Position numbers and translations under genes: made by a program
Notes under the pieces: model-generated
Database searches by the model: none
What the model was told of the DNA's origin: nothing
The model's input: the letters and a program-made list of their open reading frames with translations, nothing else
In this document: in pieces, positions 20,199 through 30,341 of the stretch
Numbering within the stretch: position 1 is the stretch's first letter
Layout of the letters: every line of letters begins with the position of its first letter
Assembly: GCA_044356455.1 (NCBI GenBank)
Contig: JBIKWF010000017.1
Span: 1 to 53,527 of the forward strand
DNA: 53,527 bases
Reading direction: 5' to 3'
DNA from: Bdellovibrionota bacterium
Lineage (GTDB): Bacteria > Bdellovibrionota_C > UBA2361 > JBGSMV01

Positions 20199-20593
20199 AC
20201 GCCACGTGCTACGGCGAGAGATCATGCGGCACCGCGAGGACGCGGCGCCCTACCTAGATGCTTCGCTAATGGGTAGGGCGCGCTGTCCTCAGCGCGCCGA
20301 AAGATCTGCTAGCCCCTACCAAATGGTTTCAATTTGCCACCATGGGGCAGGTCGGAAGATCATGCGGCACCGCGAGGACGCGGCGCCCTACCTAGGGAAC
20401 CTCTGAAAAACTTACCTCTGGTCTGTTGTGGTGAAATTTTCATCAAGGAATTCACCACAGAGGACACGAAGGTACACAGGGTTCCCTAGATGCCTCGCCA
20501 ATGGGTAGGGCGCGCTGTCCTCAGCGTGTCGAACAACAACGATAACATCCGAGGAGACGGCATACTTGCCACCGCCGACGCGAGACGTCCCTA
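20199..20593. repeat. Composite ~400-bp repeat, copy 2
   Basis: Direct repeat of 18273-18679; its end overlaps the phhA stop codon. Confidence 0.9.
20396..20485. mobile_element. IS5-type MITE inserted in a REP linker
   Basis: CTAG|GGAACCTCTGAAAAA ... GGTTCC|CTAG. Confidence 0.8.
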
Positions 20594-21505
20594 TGGGACA
20601 GGACTTTCATCACCGAGAATCACCCGCGCCGCATCCACGATAGTCCGAAGATTCGGAGCGACATACAGCACCGGTTGAAGATGCGTCGTGTCAAAAGTTC
20701 TATTTATTATCTCCTCTACATCGAATTTTCTTAGTTCCGGTTTGCCTCCGAGGACGTTTTTCGTCTCTTGAATGGAAGATAAGATCCCCGCGCCCAGAAT
20801 GCGAAGCTGCCCTTGTTCTTCCACAAGACCGAACTCAACAGAAAACCAATAGAACCTCACAATACGGTCAAGTTTCTCCGGCGACGCTCCGCGAGCGGCC
20901 GTTCCAATCCGTTCAATGAGCTGAGCATAGTCCGCATTCATCAGTGGTGGCACATGCCCGATCACGTCATGAATGATATCTGGTTCGGGTGTATACTGAG
21001 GCTGAGCGTGGTGACGAAGGAACTGCGTGCACGGCATTATTCGCTCCGCCCAGTACTCAAAGTAAATCTTGCCATGGAGGAGTCCCTCTGCGGGCACAAG
21101 CCTCACACCCGTAGTTTTGCTGAGGTGTGGCTCGAGACGCGAAAGTTGTGGGATCTCTCCTGAGCTTAGACCTAAGGCTCGTTTCCCCTCCATAAAAAGA
21201 CTAGAAGCGCATCGGTGGTGCAGCTCGTCGAGTTCTAGGTACGTTTCCCTCCAAAGAAGAGCTTCGGCTGGCGTGTATTCAAGCACCGGTGACGCGATTT
21301 CTCTAAGGCGGTGCTCCCGCGCGAGGTAGAAAAACATGCGCCTCCTTCTCAGGTAGGCGGTGTCGTTAAGTCCGGGATGATTTGTAGGAAGATTAAGTTC
21401 TTCGCTTTCTCGTACTTCAGAATTAATTTTGTCCATCGAGTCCATGTGTAATCCGCGATTTTCTCGACTAGGAGCCAACTCGCGCTCATCCGACCAGAAC
21501 TGCAT
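20591..21505 (-). CDS. phhA: Phenylalanine 4-monooxygenase (aromatic amino acid hydroxylase)
   Basis: NHPGLND..Y..RR, YTPEPDIIHDVIGHVP, YWFSVEFGL, GAGILSS; SD aaagggag before ATG 21505. Confidence 0.9.
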   Translation of the reverse strand: MQFWSDERELAPSRENRGLHMDSMDKINSEVRESEELNLPTNHPGLNDTAYLRRRRMFFYLAREHRLREIASPVLEYTPAEALLWRETYLELDELHHRCASSLFMEGKRALGLSSGEIPQLSRLEPHLSKTTGVRLVPAEGLLHGKIYFEYWAERIMPCTQFLRHHAQPQYTPEPDIIHDVIGHVPPLMNADYAQLIERIGTAARGASPEKLDRIVRFYWFSVEFGLVEEQGQLRILGAGILSSIQETKNVLGGKPELRKFDVEEIINRTFDTTHLQPVLYVAPNLRTIVDAARVILGDESPVP

Positions 21506-21724
21506 GTCTCCCTTTCTAAGGGAAAGGCACACGGCAGGTTTGAGCCTCAAGGCTTATAACCAAGGTGGTGAAAAGTTTAGAGGTCTATGCGGGCAAACAA
21601 GATTATTCCACTCTGAGGAGTGGATATGAGGAAGGGAGATATGAACGCAGGGCGGCCATGTCGCTATCCAACCAGATTGATGCATGCCTGTCAAAGAATT
21701 TATGTGGACCTGGAACGGACGTGT

Positions 21725-22111
21725 CTATGCGGAATGCGATCCCCCCAGAGTTTGGGAATTTGGCCGTAGTCTAACTCGCAGCATGGGATAACAAAGAAAT
21801 AAGACTGCTCCACAAAGAAGTGGCCAGCTACCTAAAAGAGAAAAAGTTGCTATCCACGAGGCTTCTTTGAGTAGGTGTATCTTTCGAAGGAGCGCCCCGG
21901 GAGAATTGGGAAGTTCTTCAATTCGGCCTTCGGCAAGGCTAAAGGACATCTGGGTGTGAATAAACCCGAGAAAAACTCCGCATGCTGCTGACCAGTCAGT
22001 GATGCGAGCGCCGCCAAGGTAGGCGATTAGTGAAAGAACCATGATAACACCAAGCGCTTCCCATACAACGATTCTGCTTGTCATACTAAAACCCTTTTCA
22101 AACCTTATCAT
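21725..22111 (-). CDS. Small hypothetical membrane protein
   Basis: 128-aa ORF with 3-4 hydrophobic segments; SD gagg. Confidence 0.55.
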   Translation of the reverse strand: MIRFEKGFSMTSRIVVWEALGVIMVLSLIAYLGGARITDWSAACGVFLGFIHTQMSFSLAEGRIEELPNSPGALLRKIHLLKEASWIATFSLLGSWPLLCGAVLFLCYPMLRVRLRPNSQTLGGSHSA

Positions 22112-22491
22112 GACTACCTCGTGCTCTCTGGTCTCTTCTCCAAAGTCACATGGCTTTCATGGTCGGGGCGTGAGCCCGGAGCACTCGTTGCTTTCGTAGT
22201 GCCCCTGGTGCGTGGCGGCGCCTTTAAATGCAACGCTCAGCCAGTTTCCCGAAGTATAGTTCGAAGAAAAGAAGCCTCTTGATTCTAAGAATTTTCCTTG
22301 CAGCACAGGACTCGCGCCGCTCTCGTGATTCCCAGAGCCTCTGGGTTTGTCTGGTATTTCATTGGATTAGACAGCCTTAGTGAGGGAAAAGGCCTGCCTC
22401 TTCCTATAATAATCGGCCAGGAACGCCTATTCTAAAAAACGCAAAAAATTAGCGTTTTTGGAGCACCCCTGTCCGTTGGTCCGACATAAGT

Positions 22492-25068
22492 ATGGGTAGA
22501 TTACTTTTTGATGAGGATTTTATGGTTATTCGCCCGTTTGTCTTCTTGTGTGGGGCTATGGTTCTTTTGGGCCAGTCTTTGGAGGCCCAAGCACACAAAT
22601 CAAGAATCGAGTGCACGCTTGTTGGCACCTATGCTGAGGGCAAAAAAGCAGGGCCACGTAGTACTGCTCTCACCAAGTCCCAAATTGAGAAGAGACTTAA
22701 TAAACTTCAAAAAAACAAGCGACTTTCCCCCGCAATAAGAAGGAAAGAAATTCGCGCGCTACGACAAGCTCTTGCCTTGTGTCCTACGAAAACAGCCCCC
22801 GTGCCTACTCCTGAAGCTGCTCCTCCCGAAGTTGTGCCACCAGAGGTGGTCGCCTCTCGGTACTCAACCTGTTTCGACGGAATCGATAACGATTCGGACG
22901 GAGTGATAGATGCGAATGATTTTGACTGTAGTGGTCCGAATCAGAGTGAGGCTGCCGGGTTAGTGCCTTCGATGCAAAAAGATCACAAGGGATTTACGGT
23001 AGTGCATCCTTCCCCAGACTCTCTCATTGTTCATGTCAGTACGAGCGGCAGCGATGCTCACTCGAATCCCACCGAACTCACACCTTTTCGAACCCTGCGC
23101 CGCGCCCATGATTTTGTTCGAGCGAGGCAAGCACTCACCGGGACTCCTGATCTTATTCTTCTCAAGCGTGGGGATGTGTGGGTCAATGAGATGATTGGTG
23201 ACGAGTATGGGCAATTTAGTTTAAGCGGACGCTCTGCTACTGAGCCTCTCGTAGTGTCTAGTTATGGATCCTCGCCCCAGCGACCTAGAATAGATAATAC
23301 CAATGGCGGTGGGATAATCATGACGCTTGGTGTTCCCACAAGAAATGTGGTTTTGATGGGCCTAGAGCTCCGTCAAATTGACCGTCAGTGGTTTGAAGGC
23401 GGAACTGCCATTCGTATTCTGAGTGAGTCTTCAGACGTGCTGGCCGAAGACTTAAAGATATCCGGATTCGGAGGTGCGTTTGCAGTTCAGCAGTATGTGG
23501 GTCCAATCTCTCGTTTCTCTCTGCGCCGCTCCGTCATTTCCGATCAATGGTCGAACTTGGGCCATGCACAAGGGATGTACACAAGCGGGGTTGATGGACT
23601 CCTGCTTGAAGACAATGTGTGGGTGAGGAACGGTTGGAGACCTGGTGCGGTCGTAGTTCCATTGGTTAGTGCGGCCTGGGATCCTCAGACTCGCATCCTC
23701 TCTCAAAGCGGAGCAGCATGGGCTGGGCCGGGGACGAGTTATGAGAGTGTGCAGGCAGACGACACTATCGAGATTATCGAGGGACTGATTACGACCAGTG
23801 CTATCACAAGTTCCCAGGCCATGAATTCAGTTTACGAATTCAGTGGTGGTAGCGAACTGAGCGCACAGGATGGGGCTTATGTGAATCGTTTGGTAAAGCT
23901 TATTCAGGGGCAGTCCACTCAGCTCAAGCGAGTAGTTTCCTATGACGGGGCCAATAGAAGATTTCGAGTGGAGGGGGGCTTCGATGCCGTTCCGAGTGCC
24001 TCCGACCAGTTCGAAATTCATGTTGCTGCGCTCGCGAGAGTCGAGGCAATTGTCTCTCCCCATGCGATTCGACTGGCACCTGGCACTCTGGGAGATGTCC
24101 CCGTGACTGGGGTGAAGAGCGGGGAAGGATTTCGTCCCACTATCTACAATAGAAGTATGTATCTCTCGTCTGGAACAGGAAATACACGAGTGATTGGAAA
24201 TGTGGATGTGCTCGGCGCTTCCGGAGGTATTCAAGCGCGGCGAGGATGCAGCGACTGTTCTCGTAATGTCATGATTGAGGCTCCCGCTTCAATTAGTCTG
24301 GGACATGCGGGTAATCAGCTTGGCTCGCAAGTGTCAGGAGTGGTGCGTCAGAATTTGATCCTCGGTGCGCGGGACGTCAATGCGAATCATCCCTTAGGCT
24401 GGGGCATTACCGTCACGGGAAGCACGCGCTACCGCACGGTAGGGGGAGAATCCGTGCGTGAGTGCGCGACTTCTGCCTCTGATATTCTTGTGCAAGACAA
24501 CATTATTGCTCACAATCGATCTGCTACGGGCAACCTTCGTGCGCTCGTGACAGGTCCCTGTGTAGTTGACACGCAATTTGACTCAAACTTGGTATACGAC
24601 TGGTCTACCGCCTCAGGGGCGGGGGCAGCTATCTCGCCTGATCCTACCATCTTTGGAATTCGCGCGATTAGCTACACGAACAACCAGTTTCAGCAGCCAC
24701 GAGGTGGGAGGGCAGTCGCGATTGATACGACCCCAGCTATTTTGATGGACGCGTTCATCTTTCGAGACAATAGAATTTGGAGCGGACCCAATGACTACCC
24801 GATGTATGCTTTCAACACTCCGCTGAATTTTTCGGAGTGGGTTGAGCGTACCGGATACGGCCAAGATATGTTTTATCAAGTTGAATATCCGGCTCCGAAC
24901 CGAAATGTGGATACCTATATGACGCATTTAGGAATTGGAGGCGGGATTGAAATGTACGTAGATAACCTGTTGGGGCAGTCGAAAGTGGGCTGGGACGAGC
25001 GTTTCAGCGCAGATGCAATCAACAATTACGTGCGTGAGGGATTTGGGCAGGGGCCGGTAACTCGTTAA
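22492..25068 (+). CDS. Large secreted right-handed beta-helix (pectin lyase-like) protein
   Basis: Signal peptide, Pro-rich linker, CFDGIDNDSDGVIDANDFDC metal-binding-type motif, ILLKRGDVW, repeated beta-helix rungs. Confidence 0.75.
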   Translation: MGRLLFDEDFMVIRPFVFLCGAMVLLGQSLEAQAHKSRIECTLVGTYAEGKKAGPRSTALTKSQIEKRLNKLQKNKRLSPAIRRKEIRALRQALALCPTKTAPVPTPEAAPPEVVPPEVVASRYSTCFDGIDNDSDGVIDANDFDCSGPNQSEAAGLVPSMQKDHKGFTVVHPSPDSLIVHVSTSGSDAHSNPTELTPFRTLRRAHDFVRARQALTGTPDLILLKRGDVWVNEMIGDEYGQFSLSGRSATEPLVVSSYGSSPQRPRIDNTNGGGIIMTLGVPTRNVVLMGLELRQIDRQWFEGGTAIRILSESSDVLAEDLKISGFGGAFAVQQYVGPISRFSLRRSVISDQWSNLGHAQGMYTSGVDGLLLEDNVWVRNGWRPGAVVVPLVSAAWDPQTRILSQSGAAWAGPGTSYESVQADDTIEIIEGLITTSAITSSQAMNSVYEFSGGSELSAQDGAYVNRLVKLIQGQSTQLKRVVSYDGANRRFRVEGGFDAVPSASDQFEIHVAALARVEAIVSPHAIRLAPGTLGDVPVTGVKSGEGFRPTIYNRSMYLSSGTGNTRVIGNVDVLGASGGIQARRGCSDCSRNVMIEAPASISLGHAGNQLGSQVSGVVRQNLILGARDVNANHPLGWGITVTGSTRYRTVGGESVRECATSASDILVQDNIIAHNRSATGNLRALVTGPCVVDTQFDSNLVYDWSTASGAGAAISPDPTIFGIRAISYTNNQFQQPRGGRAVAIDTTPAILMDAFIFRDNRIWSGPNDYPMYAFNTPLNFSEWVERTGYGQDMFYQVEYPAPNRNVDTYMTHLGIGGGIEMYVDNLLGQSKVGWDERFSADAINNYVREGFGQGPVTR

Positions 25069-25228
25069 AGAAGGGGTCTTGCGGTGCTTATCGCCTGAAT
25101 CTTTTGCGGCCCCAAAAGGCTGCGAGAGATTCAGGCCAAATGAGCGCTTGAATCAGGACGTTATTTCACTTGAGTCGCAGGCAGTCTCATCAAAGCACCC
25201 TTGCCACCTCCTGCCTCGTTCAATACCC

Positions 25229-25256
25229 TAAAGGCGCAATATTTTTGCGTCGATAG
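25229..25256 (+). promoter_or_regulatory. Possible sigma-28 (FliA) promoter
   Basis: TAAA-N16-GTCGATAG just before ATG 25263 (consensus TAAA-N15-GCCGATAA). Confidence 0.3.
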
Positions 25257-25262
25257 GGATGT

Positions 25263-26054
25263 ATGGGTGCAGAGTCTTTAGCAGGGTGCCTCGAATTGGT
25301 CCTCAGGCCATTGGCGCGGCTTTTTCTCCAAAAAGGACTCGCATTTCAGGAGTTCTCGGAGATTGCCAAAAGAGCCTTTGTGCATGCGGCCAAAGAGGAA
25401 TTCGAGAAAGACGGGGTTAAAGTAAACCCCAGCCGCATTATGGCAGCCACGGGGCTTCATAGGGCGGAGGTTAATAGGCTGCTTGAGCCTTCGCCTCATG
25501 ATGAAGATGCCGCGCTTGGTCTCATAGGAAAGCTTGTGGGGCACTGGGAGCAAGACCCTCAGTACTCGACCAGAAGGGGGCCGCGGCGTCTTACGGTGTC
25601 GGGAGAAAAGGGGAGCTTTGAAGCTCTCGTACGCGCGGTGAATACGCATGTAACCCCAGGAACCATACTATTCCAGCTCGAACGCTTAGGAATGGTGACT
25701 ATTAAGCAGGACTACGTTCATTTAGTTCGCCCAGTAGAGCAGCTAAGAAGCGATCCCCAAAAGCTTTTTGGGCTTTGCGCTCGAGACCTTTCCACCTTGC
25801 TGCGAATTACTGAACAGAACTTAACGAGCTCGGATGCCACGCCACATCTGCATCTAAGAACGGAGTATGACAACATTTACGCAGACAAGATTCCGCATAT
25901 TCGAGCGTGGCTTCTACGAGAAGGTAGTAGGTTTCATAAGAAAATTCGGGATTTCGTCTCCGAGTTTGATGCTGATGTGAACCCAGACCCCGCGAGGTTG
26001 TCCCAGGCAGGACGTTCGGTAGTGCTGGGAAGCTTTGGTTTCAGTGAGGACTGA
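25263..26054 (+). CDS. DUF6502-family protein (N-terminal HTH-like region)
   Basis: VLRPLARLFLQKGLAFQEFSEIAKRAFV and SRIMAATGLHRAEVNRL match my recollection of the family pattern. Confidence 0.7.
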   Translation: MGAESLAGCLELVLRPLARLFLQKGLAFQEFSEIAKRAFVHAAKEEFEKDGVKVNPSRIMAATGLHRAEVNRLLEPSPHDEDAALGLIGKLVGHWEQDPQYSTRRGPRRLTVSGEKGSFEALVRAVNTHVTPGTILFQLERLGMVTIKQDYVHLVRPVEQLRSDPQKLFGLCARDLSTLLRITEQNLTSSDATPHLHLRTEYDNIYADKIPHIRAWLLREGSRFHKKIRDFVSEFDADVNPDPARLSQAGRSVVLGSFGFSED

Positions 26055-26086
26055 AGCAAGAGTGAATCTACGGGCGATAAGGGGTT

Positions 26087-26389
26087 ATGAAACGTCGCGC
26101 GTGCCGCTCACAGTTAGGATCTTCACTTGTCGAAGCCACGCTGCTTCTTGCCGGCGGTACGCTCCTTGTGGTTGCGGCGCTTAGTAGTTTTTGCGACACG
26201 GTATCTTTCAAATACGTAGTTGCCGCGCGCGCTTTGTCTGAAAGTGAAACACTTCCCGAGGCGCAGCATCAGATCCTTGATGGCGGTGGCACCTGGCAGG
26301 GTGGGGAGGCGCCAGCGTGGTATACTGATTGGCTTCGCCGAATCAATAATCGAGTGAGGACTCAGGCCGCTCCCACGTCGCCGCCCTAA
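26087..26389 (+). CDS. Flp/TadE-like prepilin
   Basis: Basic leader, G|SSLVE cleavage-type motif with E+5, then a hydrophobic helix. Confidence 0.55.
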   Translation: MKRRACRSQLGSSLVEATLLLAGGTLLVVAALSSFCDTVSFKYVVAARALSESETLPEAQHQILDGGGTWQGGEAPAWYTDWLRRINNRVRTQAAPTSPP

Positions 26390-26393
26390 AGAA

Positions 26394-27587
26394 CTAATTC
26401 CGAGCGGTCAGAGATTCGTGGGCAGAGAGCAGTACGGCACGTAACGTCTCAAATCCGATACAAGCATCCGTCACAGAGACTTTTGGATCGAGGGGGCCAG
26501 CTTTGAGGAGCTGCTTGCCTGGCTCCAGGTTTGCCTCGAGCATGAGTCCCCTTAGGCTGCGCACGCGGGTCTCTGTGGGGTCGCAGAGCCGCTCAATGCA
26601 ATGTTGAAAAACTAAGGGTTGGCGCAAATAGTCGCGCTCAGAATTGCCGTGAGAGCAGTCCACCACTATCGCATCTAAGAGGCTCAGGCCAGTAATTCGG
26701 CTACGCTCAGATATTTCCGCTTGCGCAGCACTAATGTCGTGGGGGCTATAGTTAGAGCGATTGAGACCGCCTCGCAGAACAATGTGGGCAAGGGAGTTGC
26801 CATTGGACATGACTTGCAGGGGGCAGCCGTCTGGATCGGCAAGAACAGCGGGCTGAGGACTCGCCGCCGCATGAATTGAGTCTACTGCAATTTTCAGGTC
26901 GCCACTTGTTGGGTTCTTAAAGCCAACCGGAAGCTTAAAGAGACTCGCCATTTGCCTGTGGACTTGACTCTCGGTGGTGCGAGCTCCGATCGTGAGATAT
27001 GAAAGGGCGTCAATGAAATAGAGCTGTAATGCAGGATCAAGGGCCTCTGCCGCCATCGGAACACCTAGGTCCGCGCAGGAGGCGAAGAAGGTTCGAAGCT
27101 GCGTAATTGCGCCTGCCATGTCCGGTGCGCCGGTGACATCTGGCTGATGGACAAATCCTTTCCATCCGACTGAGGAGCGTGGTTTCTCGAACATGCCGCG
27201 CATTACAAGGAGCATGGAACTAGAGACTTCTCGTTGGAGCTCAGCAAAGCGCTCAGCAAACGTAGTTGCGGCTTGTAGGTCATGTAGCGAGCAGGGGCCG
27301 GCAATAACCAATAGCCGGGAGTCCTTTCCAGTAAGAATTGATTCTATGTCTCTTCGGAATATGGCGATGTGTTCTGAGGCGCGCGCAGTGAGGGGCGCCT
27401 TTGCTACGGCTTCTCGTACGGTTGGCAAACACTGAGCTGATGAGAGGGAAAGCGAGTCTCGAAGCCCAGCGAGCACTTCAGAGTTACTTCCTGCTAGAAT
27501 TCCCGTGCGCGCAGAAGGAAAGATAAGTCTTCTTTCGGCCGGAGTCCCTGGCTGGGCTCCCGGAATCCCGGGCTGTGGCTGGTTCAT
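26394..27587 (-). CDS. Class I DAHP synthase (3-deoxy-7-phosphoheptulonate synthase)
   Basis: GPCSLHD, EKPRSSVGWKG, IGARTTESQVHR, VGFKN, DCSHGNS, SVTDAC. Confidence 0.92.
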   Translation of the reverse strand: MNQPQPGIPGAQPGTPAERRLIFPSARTGILAGSNSEVLAGLRDSLSLSSAQCLPTVREAVAKAPLTARASEHIAIFRRDIESILTGKDSRLLVIAGPCSLHDLQAATTFAERFAELQREVSSSMLLVMRGMFEKPRSSVGWKGFVHQPDVTGAPDMAGAITQLRTFFASCADLGVPMAAEALDPALQLYFIDALSYLTIGARTTESQVHRQMASLFKLPVGFKNPTSGDLKIAVDSIHAAASPQPAVLADPDGCPLQVMSNGNSLAHIVLRGGLNRSNYSPHDISAAQAEISERSRITGLSLLDAIVVDCSHGNSERDYLRQPLVFQHCIERLCDPTETRVRSLRGLMLEANLEPGKQLLKAGPLDPKVSVTDACIGFETLRAVLLSAHESLTARN

Positions 27588-27805
27588 GAGTCTACTGCAA
27601 GAACAACTTCGTTATGAGACCACGTAAGCGAAGAGGAGCAGGAGCTTATCTCAGGATTTCCTCAAGAGGAATAGGAAGTGCGCCAGCTTGAAGGCAGCTT
27701 TTGCTGCTAGGGCGCGGTAGTTGAGCGTGGAGGCGGGCGGCAACCATTGACGGGTGATCGCATGGCCCTCTTAGAAATAAAAGGGGTAGCGGTAGCTGCG
27801 CAAAC

Positions 27806-27847
27806 AAAGACCCCCGCTAGGATGTTTCCATCCTAGCGGGGGTCTTT
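27806..27847. terminator. Intrinsic terminator downstream of groEL
   Basis: Perfect 19-bp stem aaagacccccgctaggatg / catcctagcgggggtcttt with 4-nt loop. Confidence 0.85.
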
Positions 27848-27919
27848 TGGCAGAGGCTGGAACCGGCGCATCATGGCACATGCCTATGAGCGTCGGTCCA
27901 GCTACTTAGCAGCCGATGC

Positions 27920-29560
27920 TTACATCATGCCGCCCATTCCGCCCATTCCAGCGCCTGGGGCGCCGTGTGAATGCTCTTCCTTTTCCTTAGGAAGCTCAGA
28001 AATCACTGCTTCGGTGGTGAGCATGAGCCCAGCCACAGATGCTGCGTTCTGAAGAGCCGTACGAACCACCTTTACGGGGTCGATAACACCAGCCTTCACA
28101 AGATCTTCGTACTGAAGAGTCGAGGCGTTGAATCCGAATCCGCCCTTCTCAGCGCGAACTCTGTTCACCACTACTGCTGGCTCGGCGCCTGCGTTCTCAG
28201 CGATGGTGCGAAGAGGTGCCTCGCACGCATTGCGGATGATGCGGACTCCGAAACGTTGCTCTTCGTCGTCAATCTTGAGCTTCTCGAGCTTCTCGATTGC
28301 GCGGATAAGGGCAACTCCACCGCCAGGAACAATGCCTTCTTCCACGGCAGCGCGGGTCGCATGAAGTGCATCTTCAACGCGAGCCTTCTTCTCTTTCATC
28401 TCAACTTCGGTGGCGGCTCCAACATGGATGACCGCAACACCGCCGACGAGCTTCGCAAGACGCTCTTGGAGCTTCTCACGATCGTAGTCAGAGGAGGTGG
28501 CGTCGATCTGAGCACGAATCTGCTCAACGCGTGCCTTGATGTCGTCCTTCTTGCCGTTTCCATCGATGATGGTGCAGTTGTCTTTGTCGACCACTACGCG
28601 CTTCGCACGTCCGAGGTCAGTCAGGGTCACGCTCTCAAGCTTGATGCCGAGATCTTCCGTGACGCACTTTCCGCCGGTGAGGATAGCAATATCCTCAAGC
28701 ATCGCCTTACGACGATCGCCGAATCCAGGAGCCTTGACCGCACAAACTTGGAGCGTGCCACGGATCTTGTTCACGACGAGAGTTGCAAGCGCCTCGCCCT
28801 CTAGTTCCTCAGCAATGATGAGGAGAGGACGTCCGGACTTCGCAACCTGCTCAAGAACAGGGAGGAGATCCTTCATCGCTGAGATCTTCTTCTCGTTGAT
28901 GAGGATGTAAGGATTCTCGATCTCTGCTTCCATGCGGTCAGGGTTAGTGACGAAGTAAGGAGAGAGGTATCCGCGGTCGAACTGCATTCCCTCAACTACC
29001 TCAAGGGTAGTCTCGAGGCCCTTGGCTTCTTCAACCGTGATAACGCCTTCCTTGCCTACCTTCTCCATGGCTTCAGCAATGATCTCGCCGATCTCAGTGT
29101 CTGAGTTAGCGGAGATAGAACCAACTTGTGCAATTTCTTTCTTGCCCTTGGTTGGGGTGCTCATGCCACGAAGGCTTTCGGTTACTTCTCGCACCGCGAT
29201 GTCGATACCGCGCTTCAAGGACATAGGATCGTGGCCGGCAGCAACAAGCTTCAAGCCTTCGGTGAAGATTGCAGCGGCAAGTACCGTTGCAGTCGTCGTT
29301 CCGTCGCCTGCGACGTCAGAGGTCTTTGACGCAACTTCCTTAACGAGCTGAGCACCGATGTTCTCAAGCTTGTCCTGGAGGTCGATCTCTTTAGCTACGG
29401 TTACGCCGTCTTTGGTGACAGTGGGCGCGCCAAAGCTCTTCTCGATAACTACGTTACGACCACGGGGTCCCATTGTTACGCGAACTGCATCAGAGAGGAT
29501 TTTAACGCCGCGGAGGATTTGCTCGCGGGCATCCATCTCAAAAGTGACTTTCTTAGCCAT
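27920..29560 (-). CDS. groL: Chaperonin GroEL
   Basis: [18 protein letters not shown]-terminal GGM repeats. Confidence 0.99.
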   Translation of the reverse strand: MAKKVTFEMDAREQILRGVKILSDAVRVTMGPRGRNVVIEKSFGAPTVTKDGVTVAKEIDLQDKLENIGAQLVKEVASKTSDVAGDGTTTATVLAAAIFTEGLKLVAAGHDPMSLKRGIDIAVREVTESLRGMSTPTKGKKEIAQVGSISANSDTEIGEIIAEAMEKVGKEGVITVEEAKGLETTLEVVEGMQFDRGYLSPYFVTNPDRMEAEIENPYILINEKKISAMKDLLPVLEQVAKSGRPLLIIAEELEGEALATLVVNKIRGTLQVCAVKAPGFGDRRKAMLEDIAILTGGKCVTEDLGIKLESVTLTDLGRAKRVVVDKDNCTIIDGNGKKDDIKARVEQIRAQIDATSSDYDREKLQERLAKLVGGVAVIHVGAATEVEMKEKKARVEDALHATRAAVEEGIVPGGGVALIRAIEKLEKLKIDDEEQRFGVRIIRNACEAPLRTIAENAGAEPAVVVNRVRAEKGGFGFNASTLQYEDLVKAGVIDPVKVVRTALQNAASVAGLMLTTEAVISELPKEKEEHSHGAPGAGMGGMGGMM

Positions 29561-29646
29561 GATTATGTTTCCTTACTTAGTTTCTAAAACAAAACGAAGA
29601 TAAAATACTGAAGTACTCACTCTAAGGGGTTAGCCCCCAACAGGAG

Positions 29647-29952
29647 TTAGCCCTCGACGATTCCGAGCACATCCTCTTCACGCATGATGAGGAGCTCGTT
29701 GCCATCAATCTTGATCTCAGTGCCGGAATACTTTCCGAAGAGGATCTTATCACCGGCTTTTACATCAAGAGTTTGCACGGTGCCGTCGTCGCGAACGCGG
29801 CCCTTGCCAACGGCTACCACACGACCTTGCTGTGGCTTCTCTTTCGCGGTGTCAGGGATGTAGAGTCCGCCTGCGGTCTTTGCTTCTCCGTCGAGGCGCT
29901 CGACGATGAGGCGGTCATGCAGAGGTCGAATCTTGGACTTATTGCTTGCCAT
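29647..29952 (-). CDS. groS: Co-chaperonin GroES
   Basis: [20 protein letters not shown]. Confidence 0.99.
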   Translation of the reverse strand: MASNKSKIRPLHDRLIVERLDGEAKTAGGLYIPDTAKEKPQQGRVVAVGKGRVRDDGTVQTLDVKAGDKILFGKYSGTEIKIDGNELLIMREEDVLGIVEG

Positions 29953-30341
29953 CTTAACTTTTCTCCTTAAAAACTCATGAGCTCGTTCGAGCTCGTCTTG
30001 CGAAGCGCTCTTGGAGTCCTAGCTCTTGTGGTTCTTGCTCTGCCCGAATCCTGCTCCTTCGGTACCTTACCTAGGGAGCAATGGAACTTGGGGAGCGAGA
30101 CCTTAGGGGCCAGGCGAAAATCCAAGTGCACGTGATACCTTTTGAAACGAAGCCTAAAGGCCCGCTGCGCGAGCGGCGGTTATATGCTTCAAAGGCGCCT
30201 AACGTATGCGCATCGCGGAGAAGAAATACAAGGGCAGGGGCGCATCTTTTTTTGAAGAAGTTCAGGGGGTTTAAAGTTGCCCCTAATTGCTTGAAACGAT
30301 TTGATAAAAGTGACATGGTGGGGTAACTACTCGAGGACTTC

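Noticed and set aside
18273..20593. CRISPR array interpretation of the repeated palindromes
   Set aside because: Units alternate in orientation, the intervening sequences are themselves duplicated, spacing is irregular and no cas genes are present; REP/MITE composites fit better
22160..22250. Possible c-di-GMP-I riboswitch on the minus strand
   Set aside because: Has a GAAA loop and superficial similarity, but lacks the GGCAAA and GCAAAGC core; an Infernal/Rfam search would be needed
27971..28804. 277-aa antisense ORF over groEL, and other shadow ORFs over core genes
   Set aside because: Typical antisense frames produced by codon bias; no recognisable motifs
29953..30341. CIRCE or sigma-32 element upstream of groES
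   Set aside because: No TTAGCACTC-N9-GAGTGCTAA seen; only a poor sigma-32-like match with wrong spacing
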